DNA of 63,887 nucleotides, counting the filler, from Octopus bimaculoides (Eukaryota): NCBI RefSeq assembly GCF_001194135.2. It is 5 parts of 5 records of this genome, joined end to end, with 100 filler letters (N's around TTAATTAATTAA, not from the genome) between each part and the next. Parts side by side here need not be neighbours in the genome. Positions count along the whole stretch, not along the records: positions 23,480 to 50,003 come from NC_068989.1; positions 50,104 to 62,237 come from NC_068998.1; 3 more parts are not named here. The stretch is one strand, 5' to 3'. Positions 47,372-59,129 of the stretch are shown here, one piece after another. The notes below the pieces were generated by a model. That model searched no databases. It was not told the DNA's origin and saw only the letters and a program-made list of their open reading frames with translations. The stretch's first letter is position 1. Every line of letters starts with the position of its first letter. Made by a program: the position numbers and the translations under genes.

Positions 47372-49219
47372 TTAACTTGCAGATGCAGTTACAGATCTGA
47401 TTTTTTCTTTGGCCAGATTAGCTACAGTTTCCGTGCAAAGAAAGCAGCATGCAACCCATAATCCGAAAGTTGCATTTAAAAGCACGTAGAGTGTCCGAAG
47501 AAATTGTACATCTGATGTGATTGAAATGTAACCAAAAATCCACATAGCTCCAGTGAGGCAACATAATTTCACGTTTATAATGATTGTGAACATAGTTTGC
47601 TTTTTAGGCTGTGCCTTCATGACAGATCGAGCTCTACAAATTTCGGAAGCCGTGCGTATATAAACAATTATATTGATGACAATTATCACTGCCATCGGAA
47701 TGTCGAAAAAGATTAAAATACTCAGTGGCGTACTCATCCAGCAAAAAGTACCTCGCCCGTATTGAGGTGCGAACTTAGATGTCGGATCGTACCTGTCCAG
47801 TAATAATGCAGGCATTATGATGAGTAAAGGTGTAAACCAAGCGTAAAGAGAGCATAGCAAAAATGTCCTATTCTTGTTCAAGAGCATTACATGATGAGCA
47901 GTTCTGTGGCAAATTGATATATAAACACTAATACTTATGACATTCATCCAGAAAAAGGATGCCAAAAAGGAATATTGTATACATACAGCAACCCAATAAC
48001 AGAAACCTGGAAATTCTCCAATTAGTAATACAATAAGGAAACATATATCTGCGATAAATAGTGACAATGCAAATGAAGCGTTAATTCGACCCGATAAATT
48101 TCGGAGTGGCGGCAAAACAAGGTACATGATGAAGTACACAGCTAAAGCTATAACGGATATCATAGTTCCAGTCAATGATATATAGAATTCAGATTTCGTA
48201 AGAATGATAGTTCCTCCATATCCAGGACTATCTAACACGCGTTCTTGGCAAATATAAACACGACTGTTATTTATAATATAGAAATCCTGACTGTGAAAAC
48301 TTTCAGTAGCGTTGTGGAAAAGGGTTTGGTTTTCTAAAAGAAAATACTCGGTAGAATTTAGTTCGATTAATGTTGTACAGTTTAGACGATCGTTTCTGGT
48401 AATGCGATTAGCATCGTACGACTTACGGCACTTACCTAAATAATGATCAAAAACAGAATTTTCAGGACAAAGTTTACCACTTTTTCCCATATTTGTATCC
48501 CAAAAGTTTTCGTCATTAAAGTCGATAAGTATCCTGAATGATATAGTAAATTTGTAGCCTGTAGGATGATGTTTACTTCGAATGGTTGGTATTGTATATA
48601 TAGTAGAAGAATTGCAGCACAGGTTTTCATAAAATAGATCACGAGAACTTTCATTTAAAGCATTTTCCTTATTATTATTGCAACAGCAATCAATAGTTTT
48701 CGGACAACGACTGTTATGAAAAGGAAAAGGTGGATGTCTAAATGACCACTCACATTTACTTGAATCAAATGTGATATTCGGATATTTGATATAATTTAAA
48801 CACTCCACGCTGTTTATTTTCAAATTCCAGAATATAAAATCATCCTCGTTATTGCATAAAGCGCAGTATTTATTTCGATAGACTTTCCCTGTTTTACGAC
48901 TGGTTACATAAACATTAAATAACGAGGAGTTGCTTTGAGATTCACACTTTTCTCTAATTGTTTTATCGTCCACATATTCTTCACTGCAAATCTTTATAGA
49001 GTTTAGTTTATCGAAATTTGAATAGTAACGATCGTACATTTCTGATAGGTCTCGACTGTTATTAGCATTGTTGAAGTCACTACAGACACAGGTTTTATTT
49101 TCATTCAATTCACATTTAACATCCGAACATGATAATACGTTTGCTTCGGGTATCATTACCAGATGGCTAGGATATGTATTGATAAATAGTAGCAGATAGT
49201 AAAATCCAAACAAATTCAT
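47372..49219 (-). CDS. intronless class B-like (secretin/Methuselah-like) GPCR, paralog of 35808-37727, 615 aa
   Basis: Signal peptide; Cys-rich ectodomain with VYRNKYCALCN, SFRILIDFN and CPENSVFDHYLGKCRK. 7TM with QYSFLASFFWMN, AWFTP, FCWM, LTGAMWIFG and LLNATFGLW. Colinear with the other receptor. Confidence 0.93.
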   Translation of the reverse strand: MNLFGFYYLLLFINTYPSHLVMIPEANVLSCSDVKCELNENKTCVCSDFNNANNSRDLSEMYDRYYSNFDKLNSIKICSEEYVDDKTIREKCESQSNSSLFNVYVTSRKTGKVYRNKYCALCNNEDDFIFWNLKINSVECLNYIKYPNITFDSSKCEWSFRHPPFPFHNSRCPKTIDCCCNNNKENALNESSRDLFYENLCCNSSTIYTIPTIRSKHHPTGYKFTISFRILIDFNDENFWDTNMGKSGKLCPENSVFDHYLGKCRKSYDANRITRNDRLNCTTLIELNSTEYFLLENQTLFHNATESFHSQDFYIINNSRVYICQERVLDSPGYGGTIILTKSEFYISLTGTMISVIALAVYFIMYLVLPPLRNLSGRINASFALSLFIADICFLIVLLIGEFPGFCYWVAVCIQYSFLASFFWMNVISISVYISICHRTAHHVMLLNKNRTFLLCSLYAWFTPLLIIMPALLLDRYDPTSKFAPQYGRGTFCWMSTPLSILIFFDIPMAVIIVINIIVYIRTASEICRARSVMKAQPKKQTMFTIIINVKLCCLTGAMWIFGYISITSDVQFLRTLYVLLNATFGLWVACCFLCTETVANLAKEKIRSVTASAS

Positions 49220-49947
49220 TATGGATCGGCTGCTTGTAAAACAGTGTGGCAGACAGAATATAAGAGAGACAACAAATCCATTAGCAATGCTTCATTTACA
49301 GATGTAGATTGTGTTAACTGTATGAGAATCCTCCTCTGTCTCGCTGCGCTCTATCTCACCCTCAGTCCTACATCTTCATTCATAGTAACTCTAATTTTCT
49401 CTCCCTCAAACTTTACTTCTTTCTCTTTCTCTTTCTCCGTCTCTCTCTCTCTCTCTCCCTCTCTCACCTTCTCTATCTGTCCCTCTCTTTGTCTCTATCT
49501 CTGTCTGTCTGTCTGTCTCTCTCTCTGTTTCTCGTTGCCTCTAGTGTTGCAAAATAAATGCTGGAGTCAAACTAGCCCAGAAGTTAACTGAGAAAACTAA
49601 CCAACGGTACAACAACAAATCATCAGCAGGGGTGAAGAAAGACGATATAAGGGGAGAGGGGAGGATGAATGTACGCCAACCATAGCAGGTGGGGAGAGGG
49701 GGGGGGAGAAATGTCAGCACCAACAACAGCAGCTACAAGAAAATCAACCACAGTAATCAGCAGGGGCAGAAGCAGCAGAAGCAGCAGCAGCAGTAGAATG
49801 GGTGGGAAAAGACAAAATATTGAACAACTACACAAACGCCAGCAGTGGCAGTCATTTGCGCGCCGAAAAAATAGCAGTTATTTCCCCTCAAATGGCACAC
49901 TACTATCTTAAAATAGGAAGGACACCTTGGAAAATATAAGTCACTCT

Positions 49948-50003
<56 letters not shown>

Positions 50004-50260
50004 NNNNNNNNNNNNNNNNNNNNNNNNNNNNNNNNNNNNNNNNNNNNTTAATTAATTAANNNNNNNNNNNNNNNNNNNNNNNNNNNNNNNNNNNNNNNNN
50101 NNNATATGTATGTATGTGTTGTATATATGTGCACACACATACATGGTGCGTAAGTACTAATGCATAAAGGAAGAAAGAAAAAAGTAATTAAAAATTTTTA
50201 TAAATAATTTTTAAAAAACTGTAATTGAAAATTAATTAAATACAGAGAAGATGTGTGTTG

Positions 50261-50299
<39 letters not shown>

Positions 50300-50868
50300 C
50301 AACCAAGACGTTTGGGTAAGAAAACAAAATAAGTATAAGGAAATATATTTCATGCTTTAAGGAAGACACAAAACCTGCCACCAACACCAGTACTGTAATC
50401 ACCACCAGCACCACTACCACTACCACAAAAACCAGCCCTCAGTCATCACCATCACTACCACTGTTATTACGACTGTCACCACTACCACAAAAAACAACTA
50501 CTGCTATCACAGCCACTACTACAACCACAACCACCATAACCACTGTTATTACTACTACCACCACCACCATTACTACTACTACTACTATTACTATCACCAC
50601 TACTACTGCTATTACAACTACTGTATTTAAATATAATCTTGTTTTTGGCTTAATTATACACTGACCAGCTACGGACAGTAAGCTACGAAATTCTTACATT
50701 CTTTCGATTTCTTGTAATTCAGACCACCTCATGATACCAACAAACAAAATGGAAAAGGTGTTGCCTCAGATGACGAGGGAGATGTGCTGGGACAGCCACT
50801 CTGGACTCACAGGGCCCACACTTGCTAAAAGCCATCTCCATCTCCAACAGTGGCGAGCAGGGATATTG

Positions 50869-51557
50869 TCTAGGGGCAGAGAACACCAGAGGCCTCCACT
50901 GCCACAGGCTCAGCCACAAACTACTACATCAAGTTGAAGTACCAATTGAGCTGTAGATGAAAGGCCAATGAGAAATTTTACTTTCCCCAAGTCTAGGGGC
51001 CAAGAGAACCAGAGGTCTCCACTGCCACAGGCTCAGCCACAAACTACTACATCAAGTTGAAGTACTGACTGAGCCATAGATGAAAGGTCAAGGGGAAATT
51101 TTATTGTCCCCAGGTCTAGGGGCTGAGAACTCCAGAAGTCTCCACTGCCACAACTACTACATCAAATTGAAGTACTGGCTGAGCCATAGATGAAAGGCTG
51201 TGGAGAAATTTTACTTTCCTCAGGTCTAGGGGCCGAGAACTCCAGAGGTCCCCACTGCCACAGGTTCAACCACAACTACTACATCAAATTGAAGTATTGG
51301 CTGAACCGTAGATGAAAGGCTGTGGAGAAATTTACTTTCCCAAGGTCTCTACTGTTACAGACTCAACCACAAACTACTACATCAAGTTGGGAGTACCAAC
51401 TGAGCTGTTGATGAAAGGTCAAGGGGAAATTTTACTGTCCCCAGGTCTAGGGGCCGAGAACTTCAGCGGTCTCCACTGCCACAAACTACTACATCAGGCT
51501 GAAGTACTGATTGAATTATACATGGAAAGCCAAGGAGAAATTTTTACTATCCCCAGA
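50869..51557. repeat. minisatellite, 6 units of 100-123 bp
   Basis: Units start with TCT(AGGGG) at 50869, 50992, 51115, 51225, 51346 and 51446. Each contains CCACTG..AC...ACTACTACATCA..TTG.AGTAC...ATGAAAG...GAAATTT. Confidence 0.95.
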
Positions 51558-51669
51558 AAAAGCAAAACTTCTATGCAACTTAGTTTTTCCTTTTATCATT
51601 TGACTCTCTTTTTGGTGGGGGGGNNNNNNNNNNNNNNNNNNNNNNNNNNNNGGGGGGGGGGGGGGGAGC

Positions 51670-52416
51670 GGGCAACAAACGATCTCTGTTCTAATTGTAG
51701 TGGAGTTGGTGACATTGGTAGTAGTGGTAATTGCAATACAGGTGTAGTAGTAATAATAGCAACAGTGGTGGTAGCGGTAGTGGTGGTAGTAATTGGTGAA
51801 GGTGGTAGTAATGGTGTGGCAGTAGTGGTGGTTGTGGTAATGACTGAAGACTAGTTTCTGTGGTAGTGGTGCTGGTCGTAGTCCCAGTACTGGTGTTAGT
51901 GGTGGTCGTGGTCGTGGTCGTAGTCTTAAACTGCAGTATTGGCTGCAGTGGTGACGGTAGAGGTGGCGGTGGGTACAATACTACTTGTTGTGGTGGTGGC
52001 TACAGCCCAAGTGTTAGTAGTAGTGGTGGTGGTGGTGGTGTTGTTGATAGTTGTGATAGTGGAGGGTGAGGTTGTGGTAATAGTGGTGGTGGTGGTGGTG
52101 GTGATGTTGGTGGCAGCAATTGTGGCAGCAGTTCTGGCACCAGTGGTGATGTGACATTGAGGTGATGGTGATGCTAGCAACCAGAAGGTAGTAGTAGTAG
52201 TAGTAGTAGTAGCAGTAGCAGTGGTAGTGGTGGTAGTTGCAGTGGTGGTGGTGGTGGTGGTGGTGGCTATGGATGGAGGTGTTGCAAGGTGGTAGTAAGA
52301 TAATGGTGGTGATTGTAGTGGTTCAGACAATGGTAGTAAAAGGTAGTAGCACTGGTATTGCATAATGCTAATTCTATTAATTGTTGCTGATGCTGTTATT
52401 GATGCTGTTGTTGTTG

Positions 52417-52448
<32 letters not shown>

Positions 52449-52470
52449 GGTGGTGGTGGCAGCGGGTGGG
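51670..52470. repeat. low-complexity (GTG/GTA/GTT)n tract
   Basis: Direct reading. Complementary (ACC/ACT)n tracts lie at 50385-50620 and 52560-52630. Confidence 0.9.
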
Positions 52471-52742
52471 GTATATTGCATAGTAAAAAAAGCTTTTGAC
52501 ACTAATCCCCTCAAGGGTATATACAGTGGTATGTAGCTTACTAACTGTCCGTTCATCAACAGCACCACCACCAACAACAACATCTCCACTACCATCACCG
52601 CTACCACCACCACCACCACCACCAATACCACCTTGACTGCAAATATAATTGCCACCTAAAATATTGACTAAACTAGATGCGTACCTGTGTAGGTATACAT
52701 GTATGAATGTCTGTATGTGTATGTGTGTGTGTGTGTGCGTGT

Positions 52743-52794
<52 letters not shown>

Positions 52795-52887
52795 AGTTAG
52801 TCATATGTAGGTAGGTATGTAAATGAACCAATATAGTTTAATCACATAATTATCTACACATCACACACATATGGATGTCCAAACATG

Positions 52888-52925
<38 letters not shown>

Positions 52926-53538
52926 TATTCGTATCAATAAATAAATAGATACGTGTGTGTGTGTGTGTGTGTAAACCACTGTTGTTGAGTGCTCTTTTCT
53001 TTTGTTTGTATCAGTAGTTCAGCTACAGGGGGGGGGGCAAGGGGGTTATCCTCCCTGGGTGTCACTTTTATGAAGGCAGCTCTTCTGGGTCTGCTGTATA
53101 AGCGTGTATAAGCTTGGGGGACCCAGTGGGAGAGCAAGGGGCAGTAAACTGAAGTACTGCCCAAGGTGACATACAGTCTAGATATGTCATTGGTTTGTAA
53201 ACTAATTTTTTTACAGTTTCTATATTAAAACACACACCTCCGTTATATTTAATTTCAAGTTTATTACCAATTAATTAGATAATTATATATATTGTTGTGT
53301 CTGGGGAGTGTCATTCTCTTTTAGTGCCTTATTATTTAACACACTCACTGGCAAAGTTTCCACTCATTTACTCATTTATTTTTCCTGAAATGTTCATTGT
53401 GTCTTGCAACCATTTCAATAGTCGTTGACTCTGTCTCTTATCTGAGCTGCGTCCTTTCCCAGACACAACAAAATATGCTTCAACACATGACCTCACATAA
53501 AGAATCTTGCAAACCAAATCCCAAAACGAAGTATATAT

Positions 53539-53592
<54 letters not shown>

Positions 53593-53594
53593 AC

Positions 53595-53630
<36 letters not shown>

Positions 53631-54517
53631 ATAATTTAAAGAAAAACTATTAAATAATATATATATATACATATACATACATACATACATACATACATAC
53701 ATACATACATACATACACAATTATTGAATTCATCCATGAAAATCCACAATCACATATAGAAAAATTTAATAAGTAAATACACTAAAAAGACCTATAATAA
53801 AAATCAAAAAGTACAAAATAGTAAATATTAAAATAATAAAATGACTACACATGTTTCATAACCATGTTTTCAAATAGAAAATAAAATAAAAAATCAAACC
53901 GATTCAAAATAAATTAATCGAAAATCAATTCTATTCAAAAATATAGTTAATCTTCAGGTCAAAATACAATAATAATAATAAAATACCAAGTCACTCTTGG
54001 TGGAATTTGAATTCAGAATGCAAAGACAGATGAATTGCCACTAAGCATTTTGTCCAGCATGCTAACAATTCTGCCAGCTCACTGCCTTAATAGCATGTAA
54101 ATATTAGAAAAAGTTGGAGGCTGCCCTTACTATTATATTTACATGCTGTTATTTTAAACTTTATCAAGGCGGTGAGCTGACAGAATCTTTGTCACACTGG
54201 GTGAAATGCTTAGCAGCATTTCATCTGTTTTTACATTCTGAGTTCAAATGGTGCCGAGGCCGACTTTGCCTTTCATCCTTTTGGGGTCAAAAAAATAAGT
54301 ACCAGTTGAGCTCTGAGGTCAATGGAATCAACTTACACCCTCCACCGAAATTGCTGGCCGGGTACCAAAATTCGAAACCATTATTTATAACTTCATCTAT
54401 TTCGAGTTCCACCATTAAAAACAAATTATTTGGCATTCAAAAATATGATGTTAGTAGCCTCATAAGCAATAATCCTACAAATAATGACTTTTCACAGATA
54501 TTTCCAAAATGACTTAC

Positions 54518-54595
54518 ATCGTATTCAGAAAGTTCTTCTCTCGACATTTTAAATCTTGCCTCAACTTCCTGCTCTCTTCACGGAGTTCTTTCATC
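54518..54595 (-). other. candidate internal exon of an unidentified spliced gene (78 nt)
   Basis: TTATTGCTTTTAATTCTTCAG| acceptor and |GTAAGT donor. One open frame, MKELREESRKLRQDLKCREKNFLNT, is coiled-coil-like. Confidence 0.45.
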
Positions 54596-57500
54596 CTGAA
54601 GAATTAAAAGCAATAATCGAACCATTTAGTCTACTGTGCATTCTTCTTACTGTTTCAGCAGCAAAAAAATAACAGTCTACCCTCACCCCAATAGCACTTC
54701 AGGCTTTTTTTAGAGCCTCCAGAATTTTAGTTGGGGACAGAATTATCTTCAAACTGGAAATTTTGCCCAAATGCTTACAACAGACTGAACTCTGTTAAAA
54801 GGTGCCCAAGAACCAGGTAGTTATCATCATTTAACATCCACCTTCGGTGCTGGCATGGGTTGGACGGTTTGACCAGGGCTGGCAAGCTGGAGTGGGGGAC
54901 TGCACCAGACTCCAGTCTGATTTGGCGTGCTTTCTATGGCTGGATGCCCTTCCTAATGCCAACCACTTTATAGAGTTCCTGGATGCTTTTATGCGGAGAC
55001 ATCCAGGTAGAAAACTACACCAGGCGACTATGTCAGTTTTGGAACGGTTTTTATGACTGCATGCCCTTTCTAACACCAGCCACCCCACAGAGTGGACTGA
55101 GTGCTTTTTACGTGGGACCAGCACAGGCGAGGTCAGTTTCGGCATGGTTTTTACAGCTGGATGCCCTTCTAAATGCCAACCACTTCACAGTGTGGACTGG
55201 ATGCTTTTTATGTAGCACCAGCAGNNNNNNNNNNNNNNNNNNNNNNNNNNNNNNNNNNNNNNNNNNNNNNNNNNNNNNNNNNNNNNNNNNNNNNNNNNNN
55301 NNNNNNNNNNNTGGAGTGGGGGACTGCACCAGACTCCAGTCTGATTTGGCGTGCTTTCTATGGCTGGATGCCCTTCCTAATGCCAACCACTTTATAGAGT
55401 TCCTGGATGCTTTTATGCGGAGACATCCAGGTAGAAAACTACACCAGGCGACTATGTCAGTTTTGGAACGGTTTTTATGACTGCATGCCCTTTCTAACAC
55501 CAGCCACCCCACAGAGTGGACTGAGTGCTTTTTACGTGGGACCAGCACAGGCGAGGTCAGTTTCGGCATGGTTTTTACAGCTGGATGCCCTTCTAAATGC
55601 CAACCACTTCACAGTGTGGACTGGATGCTTTTTATGTAGCACCAGCAGGGTCACTAGGTAACTTGCAAGACAGGAAATTTTGTGATGGGAGCGGGGCATT
55701 GGAGGAGATGATCTTGTGTCAGATGATGAACAATTTGAGTGTGACAGAGAGACAGAAACAGGTGTCTTGCTGTAGAGGAGGTTTATATGTTTACCCAGCC
55801 AGAGAGAGAGAGAAGAGAGAAAGATGGTGGGTGGGGGTTAATCCAAATGAGGGATTAAGTCAGTCACCCATTTTGTGCTGATGTAATCCATTGTTCTTAA
55901 GGGCTGTCTCTGTCATTCTCTAATCTCTCAGTTCCACTCCCTCTCTCAGCTGTGAGTTCCTTGTCTTGCAAGCTCACTGATGCCGGTGTCATGTAAAAGC
56001 ATCATATAAAAGACACCCATGCTGGTGCCATGTAAGATGCACCAAGTACACTCTGTAAAGTGGCTGGCATTAGAAAATCCATCCAGCCATAGAAACCATG
56101 CCAAAACAGACAATTGGAACCTGGTGCAGTTCTCCAGCTTTGCCAGCTCCTGTCAAACTGTCCAACCCATGTCAGCATGGAAAAAATGATGATGACGATG
56201 ATGATGACAACGACAATGATGATGATGGTGATCAGGATCATGATGATCATGATGATGGTGATGATAGTGATGAGGATGGTGATGAAGAAGAGGAGGGAGA
56301 GGAAGAGAAGGTTAGTGGTGGTGATGGGTGGTGGTGGTGGTGGGTGGTTGTAGTAATGGTTGTGGTAATGGTGGTGGTCGTCGTCGTCGTTGTCATCGTC
56401 ATCGGCCTTGTCGTCGTCGTCGTCATAACGGTGATTTATGACAAGGACTGAAAACTTTATTAGCTTTCGGGGTCAACATGTTCACAACCAACATTAAGCA
56501 ATCCTGTATAAAAAAAACCAAAAAACAAGGACATAAAGTAATCTACAGTTACCTCTCTTCAAATTTGTATCTGGAGACCTTATCCTCATAACTGTGTTCC
56601 ATCCATGCCGTCTTCGGATATTCATGAAATTGGTACCGAGATTTGTTATCTCCATCTATAATAAATATACTCACTGTAATGAGCCAACAATGATACCTAT
56701 ATATGGCTGCTTGACCTCTTAGAAGTAGCAGTCAAGTTTCCCTCAAATCAGAAAAGAAAAAAGGTCCGATCCTTGTTAGGACATAATGGCTTTGGCTTGT
56801 GTGTCTCAATGATTTTGAGAGTTATGCCAACAGGGCAGAGCACAAGCGCCTGGTATGACCTTCCATGCTGGACAAGTCAAAGGGTAGAGGCTGGACTGGA
56901 CTAATATGGACCACCTCTTTCCAAGGGTAAAAATGGGGTTGTGTAAAAATGACACTCCTGCCTAGAATAAAAAACAGAGGCAAAGTTATAGAAGCATCAA
57001 TGAAAAACAAAACCAACAAGACCAACAAGAGGAAAGACAGCCCAGAGTTGAGAACACTGGAGACAAGTTGTTGATTGGCTATGCTCAACAGGAAGTGAAG
57101 GGTTTAAGTCAGAAGATATTGGGTAATGTAGTCCTTGACAAAGGCACATGACTCAACCAGGTGTCTATATGGTCTCTTGGAGGCCCATTGAAGATTTTGT
57201 TCTTAAAATTTATCTGCAATAAATTGATTATATTTCTACAATATAAAGTACTGAAGGACAACCTCTGGACATTGAACTTTACAGATGTAACATGACAGTG
57301 CTTGTAACATGACACCAGCACAAGTGCTTTTTATGTGGCACCAGCACCAGTATCAATTCTGTTGTGGCAGACAAGTAATCTTGAGTGCAGTAATGTGCCA
57401 GATATCTCAGTCTTTAGTCATCCCCAGTGTCTTCAGATTGGCCTTCAATACTTCATTCCACATCTTCCTGGGCTTCTGTCTTCCACAAGTCCCAACTACA

Positions 57501-57821
57501 CGTCAGGAATAAATAAAAGATGGATAACCATTGCTGGAATAGTTTTGCTTTCCTGCAGAGTGAGGAGGAGTAGGTCTAAAGAACAACAGTAGCACACTGT
57601 AGTTTGTTCCCATGTGTCCGGGATGTGTGGAAATGAAGGTGGGTAGTGAAGGTAGCATATAACAAAGAGTATGAGACGTTTTGGCACAGCTGTTTTGGTG
57701 CCAGGAATCTGGAGTTGCTGATTCAACACTGACTTACTTGATATGACATGTTTTAATGTTTCTCTCATTCTCTCCCATCTCTCACTCTTCCATCTCTCTC
57801 ACTCTCCCATCTCTCTCTCTC

Positions 57822-57856
<35 letters not shown>

Positions 57857-57861
<5 letters not shown>

Positions 57862-58192
57862 ATGTGTGTGAGCATCTAGTTGTGTTTGTATGCATATGTA
57901 ATCTCTCTCAGTCTCTCTCTCTCTCTTTCTTTCTCTTTCTCTCTTTGTTTATGTGTGTGAGCATCTAGTTGTTTGTGTATACATATAATCTCTCTCCCCC
58001 CCTCTCTCTCTCCCTCTCTCTCTCGCTCTCTCTCTCCCTTTCTCTCTCCATCTCTCTCTCTCTCTTTCTCTCTGTTTATACGTGTGAGCATCCAGTTGTG
58101 TTTGTGTATATATATAATCTCTCTCTCCCTCTCTCTCTCTCTTTCTCTGTTTATGTGTGTGAGCATCTAGTTGTATTTGTATCTACATGTAA

Positions 58193-58193
<1 letters not shown>
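57857..58193. repeat. 4 copies of a ~45 bp unit separated by variable (CT)n
   Basis: TGTTTATGTGTGTGAGCATCTAGTTGT.TTTGT...TAATC at about 57857, 57946, 58073 and 58148. Confidence 0.85.
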
Positions 58194-58247
<54 letters not shown>

Positions 58248-58369
58248 CTATATGCATGTATATATTTCTGTACGCATGCATATGTATTTGCTTCCAGTAC
58301 CAAAAATGTACTGTCACTTAAACAGGTTCAACACCCAGTCAGCTGTGCCAAATCTGCTGCTTGTCCTAA

Positions 58370-58404
<35 letters not shown>

Positions 58405-58498
58405 TATACATATGTAGATACATGCTGCAACTTCTCTTTTTATCCATATATCTTATTAAGGAAAAAAAAAGTTTAAAAAAAAAGAACGCAAAACTTAC

Positions 58499-58639
58499 AA
58501 CTGCTGCTATAGATGTTATCCATTTGGGAATTGTTAAAGAAATTGTCCCCTGTATTCTCTGTGGAATTCTTATTTAACAAATCTAGCTGTTCCTTTTTCA
58601 GAATCCTGTTTCTCTCTTCCAAACATAGTTTCAGTTTCA
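58499..58639 (-). other. candidate internal exon of an unidentified spliced gene (141 nt)
   Basis: TTTTGCTTTCTTTGATGCCAG| acceptor and |GTAAGT donor. One open frame: KLKLCLEERNRILKKEQLDLLNKNSTENTGDNFFNNSQMDNIYSSS. Confidence 0.45.
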
Positions 58640-58695
58640 CTGGCATCAAAGAAAGCAAAAACAAGATATCGAGGTTTTTTACATAAGAAGTAAGG

Positions 58696-58731
<36 letters not shown>

Positions 58732-59042
58732 TATCATCACATCGTCATCATCAACATCATCGTTATTTTAATGTTCGTGTGAATTTCATTGAGGCAGATT
58801 TTCAAGGGTCAGATGCCCTATCCCACTACCAAACCCTCACCTGTTTCCATATAAAGTAATATTTCCCTAGGCTAGACGAGTTTTCATAGGAAACTGGAAA
58901 TCAATGACATTGCTTGTATGGCAGTGACACAACTATCAAGAGAAGGAAGTGCAAACACACACTCACACACACACATATATATATACATATACATAAACAT
59001 ACATACATATATATATATACATACATTCATACGTACATACAC

Positions 59043-59098
<56 letters not shown>

Positions 59099-59129
59099 GT
59101 GTGTGTGTGTATTTTTTCAATGGGTAGAA

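Noticed and set aside
50869-51557. CRISPR-like or coding tandem array
   Set aside because: The context is eukaryotic and there are no unique spacers. Units are long and degenerate, and every frame is broken by stops or indels.
50385-52470. (ACC/ACT)n and (GGT/AGT)n tracts as inverted arms around the minisatellite
   Set aside because: The complementarity is only compositional, between low-complexity triplet tracts, with no specific alignment.
54888-55648. Identical 337-bp direct repeat (54888-55224 and 55312-55648)
   Set aside because: It has the same gap-flanking pattern and is a likely assembly artefact.
58290-58356. Additional minus-strand exon after a TTTAG acceptor
   Set aside because: Joining it to the 141-nt exon creates an immediate TGA, and the donor is weak.
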